Counted from the stretch's first letter, positions 38,107-51,994 are shown. The stretch is 64,000 bases of DNA from Klebsormidium nitens (GCA_000708835.1 DF237134.1:62001-126000); one strand, 5' to 3'. Notes: generated by a model from the letters alone, not told the origin. Numbers and translations: made by a program.

Positions 38107-41100
38107 TCACTCGCCTTCCTCGTCTTCGCCTTCATCCTCGTCGCCCTGTAAACAATTTCGACAAAAGAGTCAATGACAACCTCATGAATACAAAAGAGAA
38201 AAATGGGGGTAAAAGCGGGTTAACAGTCGCTTGTGGGGGCGATCTTCCGTATCCAGGCAGGTCAGAAGCGCAGGCCGTTCACTTTGCGTTACATGAATCA
38301 TTGACGAGGCTCTGCGTCGGCCGTAAAGGCTGGGGCAAAGACCCTGCCAGCATAGAACCTCAACCTCAGGTTATTGACCGTGTTGTGACTTAAAACTCGA
38401 TGTTGGCGGGTCAATCAATCCCACACTGGCTTCTTCGTTCCCCAAGATCCAAATCCTAAGTGGAAATTCAATAAATCCAGAGGCTCACAGCAAACGCGAC
38501 CTTCAGAGCCCAACAAGACACTGAGCATTGAGGCCCAATGAGTCGCCGCAATATCTGATAGACACCCGGTCAATCAACCCAAACCCTGCTTCATGCAGCG
38601 GCGAGAAGTGATGCGCTCACCCCCTCTTCGTTCCCCTCCTCGTCGCCCTCGCCCTCCTCGCCGCCCTCCTGAAATGGACAGACCATTTTTTTAGCGCTGC
38701 TCGGTCTACTTCACAGCAGCCATGATTTGCAGTCGAATCACTGCGGTGCCGTCCTGCTCTGCCGAGACTGTTCAAACGAAATCAAACTAAGTCAAACAAC
38801 CACAACAGACACACACTCTATACATAGTCAGTCCGCCACCCAAAACGACGGTCTCACAATCTGGTCCAGATGCGGCTTGCGCCGGAGATGGGAAGTGTCC
38901 GCTCAAAAACGGCGCACGACTGGACCACGAACGCGAGAAAATATGATATTTGAGCAGGGGGCCAGCTGTGACGACCGCAGATCATCTTCTTAGCTGCAAA
39001 TCGTCTTCCGCATGCGCAAGTCCCAGGCCGTAAAAGTTGGGCCGATATGAAACGAAGAACAGGTAAAAGAGCAACTCCGCCCGCTTGCTTTCGAAGTCGC
39101 TTCGCTCTCGCTACCACTTCACTGGATCAAGCGTTCGGTTGGCACAAAAGTCACCTGTCTCGGCCCTTATTCTTGGCCCCTGATGTGCAGAAGATGGTGA
39201 GGCAACTGGTTGGCCGACGTCGCACCAGATCGACCTAATCACAGAGATCCTTGCATATCTGCTTTCGTTCCGCCTTGGCACTTTCTAGTCCCTTATGGAA
39301 ACCAACAAGCAACAATACTGACCACTCCCCCTTCCAGAAACTCACCTCTTCTTCCCCTTCCTCTCCCTCTTCCTCTGCCTCTTCCGCCCCTTCTTCTTCC
39401 TCCTCCCCTTCTCCCCCCTCCTCTTCTTCCTCCTCTTCGCCCTCTTCCTCCTCCCCCCCTTCTTCTTCCTCGCCCTCTTCTCCTTCCTCCCCCTCTTCCT
39501 CTTCTTCCTCCTCTAGTTCCTCCAGCTCTTCTTCTAGATCCTCCTCGCCCTCGTCCTCCTCGTCATCGTCCTCGTCGTATTGCTGCAGAGGGATCCCTTC
39601 GCATGAGTCTATGCATTTTTAGTCTTCTACAATGTCGCTTCAGCATTAATCCTTTACCACTGCAGGACAGCTGTTTGCGACACCCTTTCGAGGACGTCGG
39701 GGGCAATCCGAACAGGTGCAAGATCCCCGAGTCATCTTCCGAAACGTGAGGTGACCTGTGGGGCAGTTTGCATCTCGGGGAGGTCGAGCATTCAATTCTA
39801 TTCTTTTCTGTATCTTATTATTTGTCGCACATCAAGGTGTGCGTAACAACTCCTCGCCGTAGGCACCAATTACACAGCGATCAAGCGAAGAGAAGCTATC
39901 AAAGCCGACGTTCTGGACCGACTTCCTGAGCGACATTCTGAGCTGCTGATTCACTTAGGCAAGCTGCCTTTCGGTTACGAGCACGGAGTATAGCCGTACA
40001 AAAGTAGACGGAGAAGGATCCCGGCTGCAACCCTAGACCAGAACCTTGAGTCAGGTTAGCCGAGATCTTGCAGAGAAGCCCACGACGCCGTCTGACGAGT
40101 ACCCTCTGACGGATTCCCGTTCTAAGGAACTTCGAAAAGTTTCTATCCGTCTCGCTTCTGTGAAATACCCTCAAGAAGGCCAGCCTTCGAAGGTTCGAAC
40201 GGTCGAAGCCTGTGTTAGCCGTCCCCGCAGGTGCAAATTCGATAGAGGATCCGAAACCGCGGCCCGTCATGGCCCACAGCCCTTCAGCAGAACAAACAAT
40301 CGCAGAATTCATGCGCGGATCAGCACTCACGTCGCTGTTGAAGTACTTGAGCGGGTTCGGCCACAACTCGTCCTTTATTACCTCGGCAATCTGCAGGGGC
40401 GCAACGAGTGACGTCATCACTGATATCCGGACGCTCGGCGCGCACCAACACCAGCTGGCACCGAGTGCAAGGGGAAAACCGGAAGCCCGAGCCTCGCCGT
40501 CCTTGACTTTTCGTACTTCGTTACAGTGGTCCTCTGACGCTAGTGATGTTCTGCTACGCTCAAAAGATGGCACTTTCATCCAAACGGCACCGCTTTTGGC
40601 CACAGAATACTTGGGTTGCATTCGGGAGCGCGACCATAGAAGCCGGAGTTCGAATCTGACGCGCTCTTTAGAACTGCTTGAGAAACCGGGACCGGATTTC
40701 TTTTAGAAGAGGGGTCGCGATTTCGATTGGCGCTGGCCGACAAGCCAGCAACACCGCCAAAACGTGACGACGAATCCCCACCGAGAAAGGCTAGGTTTTG
40801 AGAGACACAGTCCGGTCAAGTCAGCGGTAATTGTCGGAGTCGACTTGCAGTCTTGCACGGTAACTATGGGCTTGTTACTACGCCCCTTGGACAATGTCCT
40901 TGGATATAAATTCAGGCAAGCAGAAAAGCGCTACAAGCTCTCGAAAGCAGTGCGCGGCGCTCACTTGGTCCTGGTCTTGGGAGGGATCGTACGTGGCGTC
41001 GCTGTCGTTGAACCACCGGAAGAAGCTGCGCAGGAACGCGGGAGGTGAGCAAGAGGGGTGAGCTGACGTTACTGACGTCGGCTACTTTGCAACCCGAAAA

Positions 41101-44100
41101 GCCGGCCCACAACGGCAGTCCCAAGGTGGACGCAGGCCGTTGTAATGGTCGCTCGGTTCTTTAGCGGCAGTCCCAAGATGGATGCAGGCCGTTAAAATGG
41201 GCGCTCGGTTCCTGTAAAGTTTGGAGGGTTACGAAAGGGGATCGCTGAGCCAGCTGAATCGAAGACGCGCTCAAAGGCAATGTCGGAGTGTCTGGACAGA
41301 CACCCCCACTTCCCCTGCTGATTGTGCTTGTAGCATTGACCGTGATTGGCCACGTCATAAGGCGGGGTATCCGGAGCATAGCGCAAACACTGAACGACTG
41401 CGACAATAACACCTCCCTGCCTGCGGGACCTCGACACGCAAGTTTGCCCCGCTCTCTGGCGACACCGTGCTTTTTGCGCTTGCAGGACAGTGGGTGGAGT
41501 TACAGCGCACCTGTCCTCGCTTCTGGCCCGTTTCCGCCCTTGCTCGTCCTTTACGCTGCCCCCGTTTACCAGGTCCTGCATTGAATACACACGTGTGGGT
41601 TTGCAAACGTGTTGTCTTCCTCGTTCTACGGACCCTCCAACTTCTGCCGCCTTCATGTCCACTGCGAGTGCAACCAGTCCGACAGCCCTGCCGCATTCGC
41701 GCCCTGAAAAGACCGAGTCCTAGGCCGATCTTTGGAGGTGATCTTTCGTGAGGAGGGATGTTTTCAAATGTAAAGCCAACGCTAAGCTCCTCCAATTGAC
41801 TTCCGAAGCCTATCGGCATTGCCTTTGTTTACTCAAAGCATCCAGATCTGGACAGAAGATTCTTTGTAAGCATCTCATGGCTATCCAGAGGTCGTTTTCG
41901 TCATCGGTACAAGCGGAGAACGAGACAAGTGAATAAGATGGTGCTCGAAAAACTTTTCTGTCGTCATGATGCCATTGGCTGCAGTCCCCTTGCTGACTAT
42001 CCGCGGGAACACCAGAGGGGAGAAAGCGAGAAAGGATTTGAATCTGGACACATGTAAACCCTCCACGAAAGCGAGATTAAAGAAACCCAACAGCTTTCGC
42101 AGAATGAAACAGCGCCCGTCTCACCATGCCCTCATTCCAGCGTGGCATGGTTCCCGTCACGGTCACCAGGCCGTCCTCCGAGAAGCGGAACGTTTTACTC
42201 AGCCTCTCGTCCTTGAAGAACGGGTTGGGCTTGAACGTCTGCACATAGCGAAAACCGGTTTGAGTCAGGTTACGGTGGCTTCATATCGTCGCTAACGGTC
42301 CTCTTCCCACCCTAGCCTTCGTTTTGAGTTATGTTGGCAAAACTTGAGCCGTCGGATGTCACCCTATTAATGGTTCAACTGTAGCAACCGCAATGCTCCA
42401 AGCGTTCGGAAGCCCAGCAGCGACTTTGGCGCAGGAAGCCATAGAAAGTCACAGACCTGATTATGCCGATGTTGTGCATCAGGATTACAACCATTCTTGA
42501 GTTAGATACGCGTTTGCTGGGTAAGAGACGGTTAGCCAACCGCAAAACCTTTTGCAAAGCCAGTTCTCACTCTCGCCGGCCATGTAAGAGCAAGGCGGGA
42601 CAGAAAGCGTACCAAGGGGGGCAACACGAAATCGCACAGATATGGGCGTGACTGGATTGATGCACGGGCCAAACGATACAACGTAGGTCTGAGCCGGGAT
42701 TGTCGGCTCACGAAGGAGATGGTGTAGCCGGACTTGACGTCCTTGAAGTCCTCGACGTTGAGCTCCTTGAGGTACTTGAACACCTTCTGGTCGTCCTCCG
42801 ACAGCACTTGCGACAGCGCGGGGTGGCTCAGAAACTGCACGAGCGGCACGCGGCTTTGGTGTCAGGGAGAGCCGTTACGATAGTTTAAAGCGAGTGCAAA
42901 GCAAGGTAGGTCAAAAAGGAGTCATCGTTGGCACCCGCTCCCCTCGAAAATCCGTCTCCGCAAGAAAGAAAAGGCCCAATAATAGTGAACAAAGGTCTAT
43001 GTATAAGCACAAAAGCTCCCGGTTGACAACGATTTGAGAGTTGCTTTGCCAATCTCAACGCGCTGCACGAATCTTGACGAACTAAACTTCTGCGGCGATG
43101 TCATACGAAGTCAGTAGTTGACAGCAGGAGCTACTGTGGACAAATGAAGCCGAGGCCGTTTTGCAGTTCTGAGCCTTGGTCATACCACAGAAGCGGGACT
43201 CACGCTTCCAACAGACGTCTCTGCGACAAAAGCTGCCCACTGTGCAAAGCAAGCGGTACCACCTCTGACATGAGCCACCAGCTGATTTGTCTGCTTTCTG
43301 TACTTCAGTACAGATTTCAAGTTTTGGACGCCTACGAGACAGAATAATCATGAGCGGCCTCACCGCTGTGAGCCAGAAGTCGGAGATGCCGCCAATGATG
43401 TCATTGCGGCGGTTGTAGACGGGCCGCCGCACCTCGTTGTACTTCTGCTCCACCTCCAGCACCTTGTCGCTCGCCTCTTCATTCACCTGGCAGGGAGCAA
43501 AACGTTGCTTTTCCAATGACGAATCTCGTCTGCTGTAGGGGGTATTGTCTTGGTCTTGCAGGAGCAGAGGCTTCTTCTGTGGAGAATCTTCCCTGCGGAA
43601 ACGAGTTCCTTTGACATGGGAACCTGGGAACCTGGGAACGTCTGTCCGTTGACCTGGCGGGGACAGACGTTATTTCCTAGGTGGAAAAGTGTGCCTGCTG
43701 GAGCAACCTCTATTTTGAATATTACCGTAGACAGTTCAAGAGTTCACAGGGTCACTGTAGTTGCAGCGCCTGTCACCAGTCGCGGAGCCACCGTACAGAA
43801 AGATGACGTGGCGGTGTCTCGCTCCTAAGTGATCAAACTTGTCAAGAGTGTTGCCCATGCTGAGTCAATCATTGTTGCCATCTTGTTGCCATCTAAATTA
43901 TATCTACTTTCACTGACAACCAGCCACCCGATGCGCAAAGGATTGTTATGAGATGATACACATTAATCTCACCGGTGTTGTTTGTCCATCAGTAAGTGGC
44001 AAAGCGAAGAAGCCATCAGGCAGTGCAATGAAAGCCAAAGGGCGAGCGCCTGGATGATGGAAATTCAGTGGCAGTAGGGACATTTGATGTCTCCAACACT

Positions 44101-44997
44101 TGCCACATGCAAACAGATATCCAGATTTTGGAACTTTATCTGATTGACAGACCTTCAGGTAGTGGTGACCATGATTGGAAGGCAGTCTGACGGAGCCTAT
44201 GATTGTGATAGTCACTCGTAAACTAAGAAACCCACAACAAGCCTTTCCTCCTGAACCTATATATTGAAAATACCACAAACACGTCATGGCGTCAACAAAC
44301 TCTCAGCAAATTACGAATTCACCCAATCTTTTGCAAGTGCATCTTGTTGCTATATCAGCCTTGCCAAGAGACCTAACATCTGAGACCCAAAGTCAAATTC
44401 TCAGACTCTGATCAGATTGCAGCGATCGCATGAATTCACAACCTTGCCTTCGAACCGTTTTGGGACCCAAGTCAGTCCCACATTTGATGCTTTCCGCAAA
44501 GAAGCACGCGCAAGAGTGAGATTCATAGATATTACCGGCTCGCGGCCAATTCGCGGGTAAAAGTCGGAGGATACGGGGCGAGGTAAGTCTGCGGCCCCAA
44601 TTAAGCGGAACACAACCGGGCAGAATCAAATTACGTCGCATTGCCTAATGAAAGCCGCAACGTTTGGTTCCTGGACAGATATCAACACGAATCTCCCATA
44701 AATTTGAATTATGCCGTTATTTCTCAAAAGTGTAGTAAAAGTACAAGTCTGACAATTGCCGCACCTTGATTATCGACAACTTCGCTATCAGACTCTATAA
44801 TGCAATCTAGAAGTCTGTTTAAGAAGGAATTTCCAGGCACCCACCCTTTCTAGCTCGTCTTGCACCTCTTGCAGCTTCTCAATGTCCTTGAGGAGCTTCT
44901 CATCGTACTCCGGAGCATCCGCATCGCCCCCCCCCTCCTCGGCCCCATTTTGTTGCCCCTCCTCCTCCTCCAATCGCGCTTTCTTGGGCTCAGCCAT
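38107..44997 (-). CDS. NRP: NAP1-related protein (NRP/SET/TAF-I histone chaperone), ~340 aa, 10 exons
   Basis: Exons 44845-44997, 43364-43486, 42712-42834, 42125-42238, 41511-41575, 40965-41025, 40331-40390, 39346-39582, 38621-38668, 38107-38145. Motifs [84 protein letters not shown], then an acidic tail. Confidence 0.95.
39346..39582 (-). repeat. Low-complexity GAR/GGN coding tract (Glu/Gly-rich tail); near-pure polypyrimidine on the plus strand
   Basis: A 79-codon exon made almost entirely of E, G and D codons. Confidence 0.9.
41113..41215. repeat. 52-bp intronic tandem duplication in NRP
   Basis: cggcagtcccaag(g/a)tgga(c/t)gcaggccgtt..aatgg(t/g)cgctcggttc starts at 41113 and 41165. Confidence 0.9.
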
Positions 44998-45877
44998 TGA
45001 GGCGGTGCACAATTTTCCGGCTTCCCACTCGACGTTGCTATCAGATGATCACAATGAGATGCCAAAAAGTGCAGGATACGCGGTCAAACTCGAGCGGCTG
45101 CTTTTCCCTCTCTGCGCAAATGCAGAAAGGACGGAACCAATCGCTGCATTGCTCAGGCCGGGCCTTCCACCTCCAGGCAGCTCTGCCAGCCGCCCTTCTT
45201 GTGCTCCCCACCCCCCCACAGAAGAAGACTACCGTAGCCTTAGGTAAAAGTGCCTTTCAATTTGTCGAAGAGAGCCAAATGCGTGGCAGGGGACTGTGCA
45301 CAACGTTGCAGGAGCTTGAATGCAGGGTGCATTCTCATGCTGACTTGGGATGTGTTTGAGGGCCACGATGCGTCGATTGTGCGAAAAGGCGCCATCGAGT
45401 GTGCCATCGGTAACCCCCGGCTTCATTGCCGTCCGATTGTCCTTGAAGGAATTGGACGGTTCAGTGAGTACTGAGCCAAATTAGGGTTTGCTCTTGCCGC
45501 GCTGCAACTTCAAGCTCGACTCGGCGAGGATCGACTTGAATATTATGTATTATATATATCCCATGGGTTGTTGCATTGGCGCTGAGCTCATCTTTCAATG
45601 ATCGAATCTCATGAGCTTTTTGGAGGCCTTTGCAGACTTTGGGACGCCATCCGCCTTTGCAGCTCAGTGCTCTATCGCTTTTACTCATTACCCCCGCAGG
45701 CACGTACGGAAAGAAACCATCAAGACAATCACCAGTCAATCCGTAGTGTTTCCATTCTTCTGAACGAAAGCTTTGAGAAGCTTCTGGACAGAAGGGACCC
45801 CATTCACCTGACACTTGACAGAAAAACAAGTCTCGGGCAAGATGACATGCAGCTGATGATGTCAGCGCGAGCATGAG

Positions 45878-48800
45878 ATGGCGCCAGCCATAGCTGGGGC
45901 GTCGGGAGGGGGGGACGCTCAGCAGAAGAAGGACATCTGGAGCTTGATTCTCGAGCAGAAAAAGGGGGCGGGCAAGGCGAGAGGTGCGCTCCCATGATTT
46001 TTAGGCCCGGAAAGAGCTGGGGCTCTTGGCTTTTTGGTGCTTTTGGTGGGGAATTTTGCTTTTTCGCACTCGGTGCATAGAAAGGAGGTGACAGGACTGG
46101 TATTGATTGGAGACAAGGTGGCTGTTTGGACTAAGCGGTGGTGCTAAAGATCTACAAGTAACTTTGCAAGCAGATTGGAACTCAGTTGCCAAGCTCTCTT
46201 GAACAGGCAATGTGACACCTGAGAAATGATCCTTCTGCCACCCCCACCTCACATGGATGCAAGCCTTATCGCAACTCAACCACCAGTCTCAGTGTTAGTC
46301 TCTGGACTGCCCTCCGTTCATTCAAAAGTTTTAGGCAGACCAACTGTCTCATTTGATCCACCTTCAGTACAAGCAGATTCCGGAATATTCGTACTTGATG
46401 CCTTCTTCAGGAGCTGGCGACCTCCCTGACTCGCATGTCTACTTTGTGGGGGCCGTGCGTGGGGGCAAATCCACTCTAGTTAGCCGCTTCCTGAATCCCG
46501 ACAAGGAGGAGGAGCCTCGTCCCGGACAAGGCCTTGAGTACACGTTTGCAAGGCGCTCATCTGCGGCGGCAATTGACAAGAAGGTGAGCCTTCAAATCGA
46601 GCCCTCTCTTCTTCATATCGAACCTCATCTTCCTTGTTTAGAGACGTGCCAGGGGTTGTGATGGGGGGCCTCTGAGTGGGCATTCGAAATGAGCTTGCAT
46701 TCCGTGCGCAATCGAGTCGACAGTTGCGGAAGAAGGGGGCTTGGTTGGAGTGTGCTGGCACCATCGTTCGGCCAGCTTAGCAGGTCTCAGTTGCTCAGCC
46801 TCTTGATTAATCTGGCCTTTTTCTCTTGGCGGCCTTATCTGGTGGCACTGGGGCTTCTTTGGAGCGTTCAGACAGCCATGGGCCTTGAAAGCACGTCCGC
46901 TCAATCCTTGGAAGATCTTGTGTAAAACGTCATCCGAACCACGATCCACGTCAGTTGTCTTCACAAAGTCATCTGAACGTTACATACATCAGCTGAAATC
47001 TCGTGCCCGTCATCTTGTGTGTGCAGGACACGGCTCACCTGTGGGAGCTGTCCGGCGGTCCGGCGCTGTCCAAACAGCTCGCGGACGGCAAGCACGCGTT
47101 TCTGCCGATTACCGCAATTCCGACCGCGGTCGTCGTGATCGTACTCGACCTCTCAAACGTAAAGAAGACTCGTCCCTCTTTCCTACGCATTGTGATTGGT
47201 GGTTTGCGCACAGTAAGACCTGAAAAGGGGCCACCTCGATCCGCGATGCTTCAGGCCTTTCGAAAAGAAGTTGGTGGGTTGCAATGACGATTTCAACGAG
47301 TTTTCTTTAACGGTTTTTGTGGAAAACTCAAAAACCACAAAAAGAGGTTTGTGCAAACATAGCGGTTTTTTATCAACCCTTCGGACTGCAGAAATCAAAG
47401 TAGGGCTTGACAGGTGGCAACATTTGGGTCTCAAATTAACAATGAGGAAGCTTGACTCTGCCGCTGAAAACATCAGTCTCCCTCGTTTGAACGGTGCAAA
47501 GGTTGGCCGACTCTGAGCCAAAAGAAAGTGGCTCTTCAACGGAACGAAACGTTGGAACGTCGTTGACTGTCTTGGCAGTCTTATGTGTCACTAGTATCGT
47601 TTCGTCTATGTGTCACTAGTATCGTTTCGTCTTGATTGCAATTCCTGACCAACTGCACTTCCCATGTGATGCAGCCGAGCGGCGTTTTGGACACGCTGAC
47701 GTGCTGGCTGAACAAGGTGAGCTCAGGCTGACGTCACATTCTTAGTAAGACCGTAAGAGCTAGAGTAGCTTCAAAATGCGGCCTCCGAAGTGGACAGACA
47801 CTCTGACGCAGTGCATGGAATGGCAAAGGGCGCACAAACAGTTCCGCACTTCAAAGTCTTGTATCGTTGATTCCCATGGCCGCCTCACCAAACTTCGGCA
47901 AATGGTGACGACGAGCCGCAGCACTCCATCATCAACAAGGAAGAGAGCACTTTTGGAACTCCCGTTGACTGAACATACTCTGATTTCCGTGCAGACGCAA
48001 GAGCGGCTCGACACATGTTACCGGCTGCTGGAACGGAAGGGATCCAAGCTGCCGGAGCAACTCAGAGCCCGCGCCAAACAGGTGTGTCGTTCCTTCCCGG
48101 TGTCTGAAGCAGTATCGTTCGAGACGAGAAGCTCGATACCTTTGCGAAGTGTCTTCGATCGACACTCTTACGATTGCAACTTGAGAACAGCGCAAGGAAA
48201 GAGGCGTACTTCTAAGGCTCCCGCACCGATTCGTGCAATCAGTGCGGTAGTGCGCAACATTTTCAGATATGGCCACTACCATTTACATGAGCGGTTTCGT
48301 GATCGGAGCCAAGCTCGAGCGGAAGTCTCTGCTCGCACTCTGTTGAGAAATCAGCTTTGAAAGCTAATATAGTAAACTGAGCAAAATTTCGTTTCACCGT
48401 TCCAACTCCGAATTCTACGACAAACCGTCTGCTACCTCGGGAGGTTAACGGAAAAGCAAAAATCCCTGAAGAAAAAGGGCACTTGACTTTGCGTTCGACG
48501 TTCTGCCTCATCTCCTTACCAGTTCCAACATAGATAAAGAAGGAAGATCCATGTTGTCAGTCTCTGTGTGACAAAACGTCCTTATATGAACAACAGTAGT
48601 AAAAGCCACTCGGCCTGACTGGACGTCCGTTCTGCGTCCGCAGCGCTTTGGCAGCGAGCACGAGGATGCGGACGCGGTGCAGCACTCGGGCGTGCCCATC
48701 GTCATCGTCGGCGCAAAAGTGAGCACATTTGGAGCTGCTTTGTCGCAAAACACTTTGCCTCCGCGGTTAGATAAAGCGGCCAGAGTTCGCCCTGAAGGCC

Positions 48801-50837
48801 ACTGTAAAGTGCTAGATCCAATATGGCTGCGGCTGGTCAGGGCGAGAGCCGTCCAGCCGCTTTCAACCCGTCGAGATTGGTGACCTTTGAGGTTTCTAAT
48901 TTGAGGATAAGTCAGAATGTCAGATCGATTTCATGATGTTGTCAGAGAGATGATTTGAATGGATTGAAAGGGTTACCTATATCAAATGTGCCGGACCGTT
49001 GACCGCATCACGTCCTGATCCGCTCTGGGGATCCGGAATTCCAATAAAGTCTAAGAGGATCGTCTAAGTTACAAACGGTGCACTAAACGCTTGCTTCGTG
49101 ACTTTGAAAAGAGTCGATTTATCCGCAGTACGACGCTTTCATGAACGCGGATCCCGAAGTCCGCAAAGTCATGGCGCGGACGCTCCGGTACATCGCCCAC
49201 AGCCGGGGCGCGTCGCTTATTTACACCGGGGGCTTGGGGCCCCAGCCGCCCGCGTCCTCGCAGCCGGAGGAGGCGGTGAGAATGCGCGCCACCAGCAAGG
49301 CGGCCCTCAACGCATTGAGAACCGTGCTCAACCACTATGTCTTCCGCACGTGAGTCGCCGTTTTGGGTGTGTGCTTCGGGCTTGGGAACCAGATTGTGGA
49401 TGCCGGCGCTCGTTTCAGGGGTTCCGACGTGTGGAACCTAGGATTTAGCTTCGAAATTGAATGGTTCGGGAACTCTGGACCTCTGGTATGGGGTTAAGAA
49501 GTGAAGTCAAGGTCTGGTCAGAGTCTCCCCGACATTCTAAGCTGGTCAGATTCTCCCCGACATTCTAAGGTCTACGGTTTTGGCAACTCTCTCTGTTTTT
49601 GGTGTTAGCTTTCTTTAGCTTCTGTCTTGTAGCCCGCGATGTTGGTTGAATCCTTCAGTCCAGATCCGCTATTTTGTCAATATTGGTCAAAGATAGGAAT
49701 ACTTACAAGAAAGCAAGGCCGAGAAGCTTGGCAATCGCGTAACGGCCCGTAGCAACTCCAATTTGACAGTTTTGCCTTCCAGCATGCATCGGCTCCCATC
49801 GTATCGCTCAACCTGACTGCCAGGTGTCGCTTTGCTACGCAGGGCGCCCTTGAAAATTGTGGAAGTGGATCATACGCGCGCGCTGTGCATACCCGCAGGT
49901 GCGGACCGCTTTCGAGAAATCGGACGTCCGAAGGTCAGTTCCCTGCAGAGTTTGTTACTCTGGTCCGCAAGTTGGACAGGCGGGCTTCTCCAGGAGCCGA
50001 CTCGAAAAGAACCGAGATCTGATGCACAGCCTTCGAAGGATCCGAATGCTTCCCCAAGGTCCTTTTTCTCAATTCCTATTTCGCAGCGAAACATTTGGAG
50101 TAAGCCAAAGCGCTCGTGCCGAAAGTTGTCCGCTGATGGGCCCTCGTGCGCTCAGGGCTTTCAATCACTTGCTTTCCTTTCTCCATTCTCTGATTCCTTT
50201 CCTGCTTTGCTTTTCTGCTTTTCGGCACCGGGTAAAAGCTCGAGGATTCTGACTGTTTGCTCGTGCTTTGGATGCAGGGCGGCAGTAGCAGCGCGGACCT
50301 GCAAGCGGGTTTGTCGGAGTGGCGGGCCATTCACACCGCCGTCTTCCCGCCACCCCCCCCGGAAGTGACGGAGCCGCAGTGGAAGCTGGACCGGGACAAG
50401 TACGCGGAACCTGAGGTGGATTCAGTCTTGATGCAGGTAATCCGATTCACTTAACCCGGGTGCAGGTAATTGTATGCACTAACCCGTGCCAAACCGGTGC
50501 GTCTTCCCTGGTGGCTGACTTTCGACCGTTTGTCACCACGTGCATTTATGTACGAGCGACCCGTTATTGTGAGACGTTTTGGAAGTTGTGTAAGATTCTG
50601 CGGCGTAGTCCACCCGAACGAGCTGCGATTGTTATTTTTGATGCAATTTCCGGCAAGGAGATTTGTAACGATCTGTTTTGGATTGCCTCTTTCCAAAATT
50701 TTGTATGCGGTTTGGCTTCACATCAATGCGGAATGACTGACGCGTCTTAAACCTTGATGCAGCTGCAAGCCGGAGACCGGAAAGCAGAAGCCGAGGGACA
50801 GGAAGAGAGTAGCAAAGGAGTCCCAGTCCAGCGGTGA
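45878..50837 (+). CDS. DYNC2LI1: Cytoplasmic dynein 2 (IFT dynein) light intermediate chain, D1bLIC
   Basis: Exons 45878-45983, 46411-46583, 47027-47158, 47675-47716, 47995-48081, 48644-48718, 49129-49349, 49843-49933, 50278-50436; the last exon is tentative (50763-50837). Motifs: DIWSLI, P-loop-like GAVRGGKST, LEYTFARR, AHLWELSGG, VIVLDLS, PIVIVGAKYD, RTLRYIAH..GASL, LCIPAGADRF..IG, YAEPEVD. Confidence 0.88.
47582..47631. repeat. Perfect 25-bp intronic tandem duplication
   Basis: tatgtgtcactagtatcgtttcgtc x2, ending ~43 nt upstream of the acceptor at 47674. Confidence 0.95.
49514..49569. repeat. 28-bp intronic tandem duplication (1 mismatch)
   Basis: ctggtcaga(g/t)tctccccgacattctaag x2. 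Confidence 0.95.
50432..50490. repeat. ~29-bp duplication spanning a DYNC2LI1 donor
   Basis: tgcag|gtaatccgattcacttaacccggg is followed by tgcag|gtaattgtatgcactaacccgtg, giving a second GT at 50466. Confidence 0.75.
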
Positions 50838-51994
50838 CATACAGGCACGCGACGGAGAACGTCTAGACTCTGTCGACTCCGCATCAACTTCTCTACGTGT
50901 TTGCTGTACTTGCCGTTCCTGACGGTTGCGAGGAATCATTGACGCCATGCAGTGTTGCTGTCTGAATGGTCTGCAAGCGCTAAATGCTGGTCGTCAATCA
51001 GCCGCAAGCGCAGAAGCCGCGAGGTGGGTTACGAAGGGACCCGTCAAAGAACTTAAGTTCCAGTGCTTAAGAGTTTCAAGGTCTGCTCATTCGTTTCGCC
51101 TCATGGCAGTGCCGTCGGTCATGTCGCGCCCACGTGCAGCAATGATGCTTTTCGAAGGCCGGGCGGTTGAGATGGCTCACGTTAGGAACTTGCATGCTAC
51201 ATGAGAGTTGGTGATGTCCAAAGCCCCTTAGCTTCGAGACAAATGTTAAGGTCGTGTCCACATACTTAAGATCAATTGAGTCGTTACGTATGTACACTGA
51301 TCTACTGCGTTTGGAACTCGATCGAGCTATATGCTGCCAGCGCTACGGATATCATATGCCGCGGCGACGACCGGCGCTAGCTTGCGCGAATGAATGATGA
51401 TAATTAAGTCTGCGCATGTGCATAATATCTCATGTTACTGCGCGGTCAAATGCATCATGTGTGCCATCATTCAAGGTGGCCGGGATCCCTGAAAACGAAT
51501 CCTCTCAATATGACTGATTAGTGTGTCCTTGAATACTATATAGATTATGCGCGCAACGATTGCATCGCAACCACATTAGAACGTCAATTCTCATAGGGAT
51601 GACCTGCGGATAAGAGAGCATGCTGATTACTATGCATTTTTCGACCGCATGTTGAATTGAACAAACCCGGCCGGATGATCATGTATGTACCCTGGCCTCG
51701 TCGTGTCAAGTGCGGAACGTGTCCTGAGCCTACGGTATCTCAACCACGATCTCGTTGTTTCATGATGTTATGAACGTGTTCATGCATCCAAATTGAATCA
51801 CTCCATATTTTCCACAAATTGTTTGACCTGAGTCCTACCAAAATTTACAAGCAGCTTTTAGAACTCGTGTCTCATCTGGTCTAATGCTGACGCGATCAAT
51901 CGAAGTTTCGTTCGAAATCCGCTTATAAGGTTGCAGCCAAGATCAACCGTTCTTGCCAAAGTACGATTCTATAGCCATTGTCTAGGTTGCCTAG

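Noticed and set aside
39210-39749. Pro/Leu-rich 179-aa and Ser-rich 123-aa plus-strand ORFs (extensin-like)
   Set aside because: They are the reverse complement of the NRP Glu/Gly acidic-tail exon.
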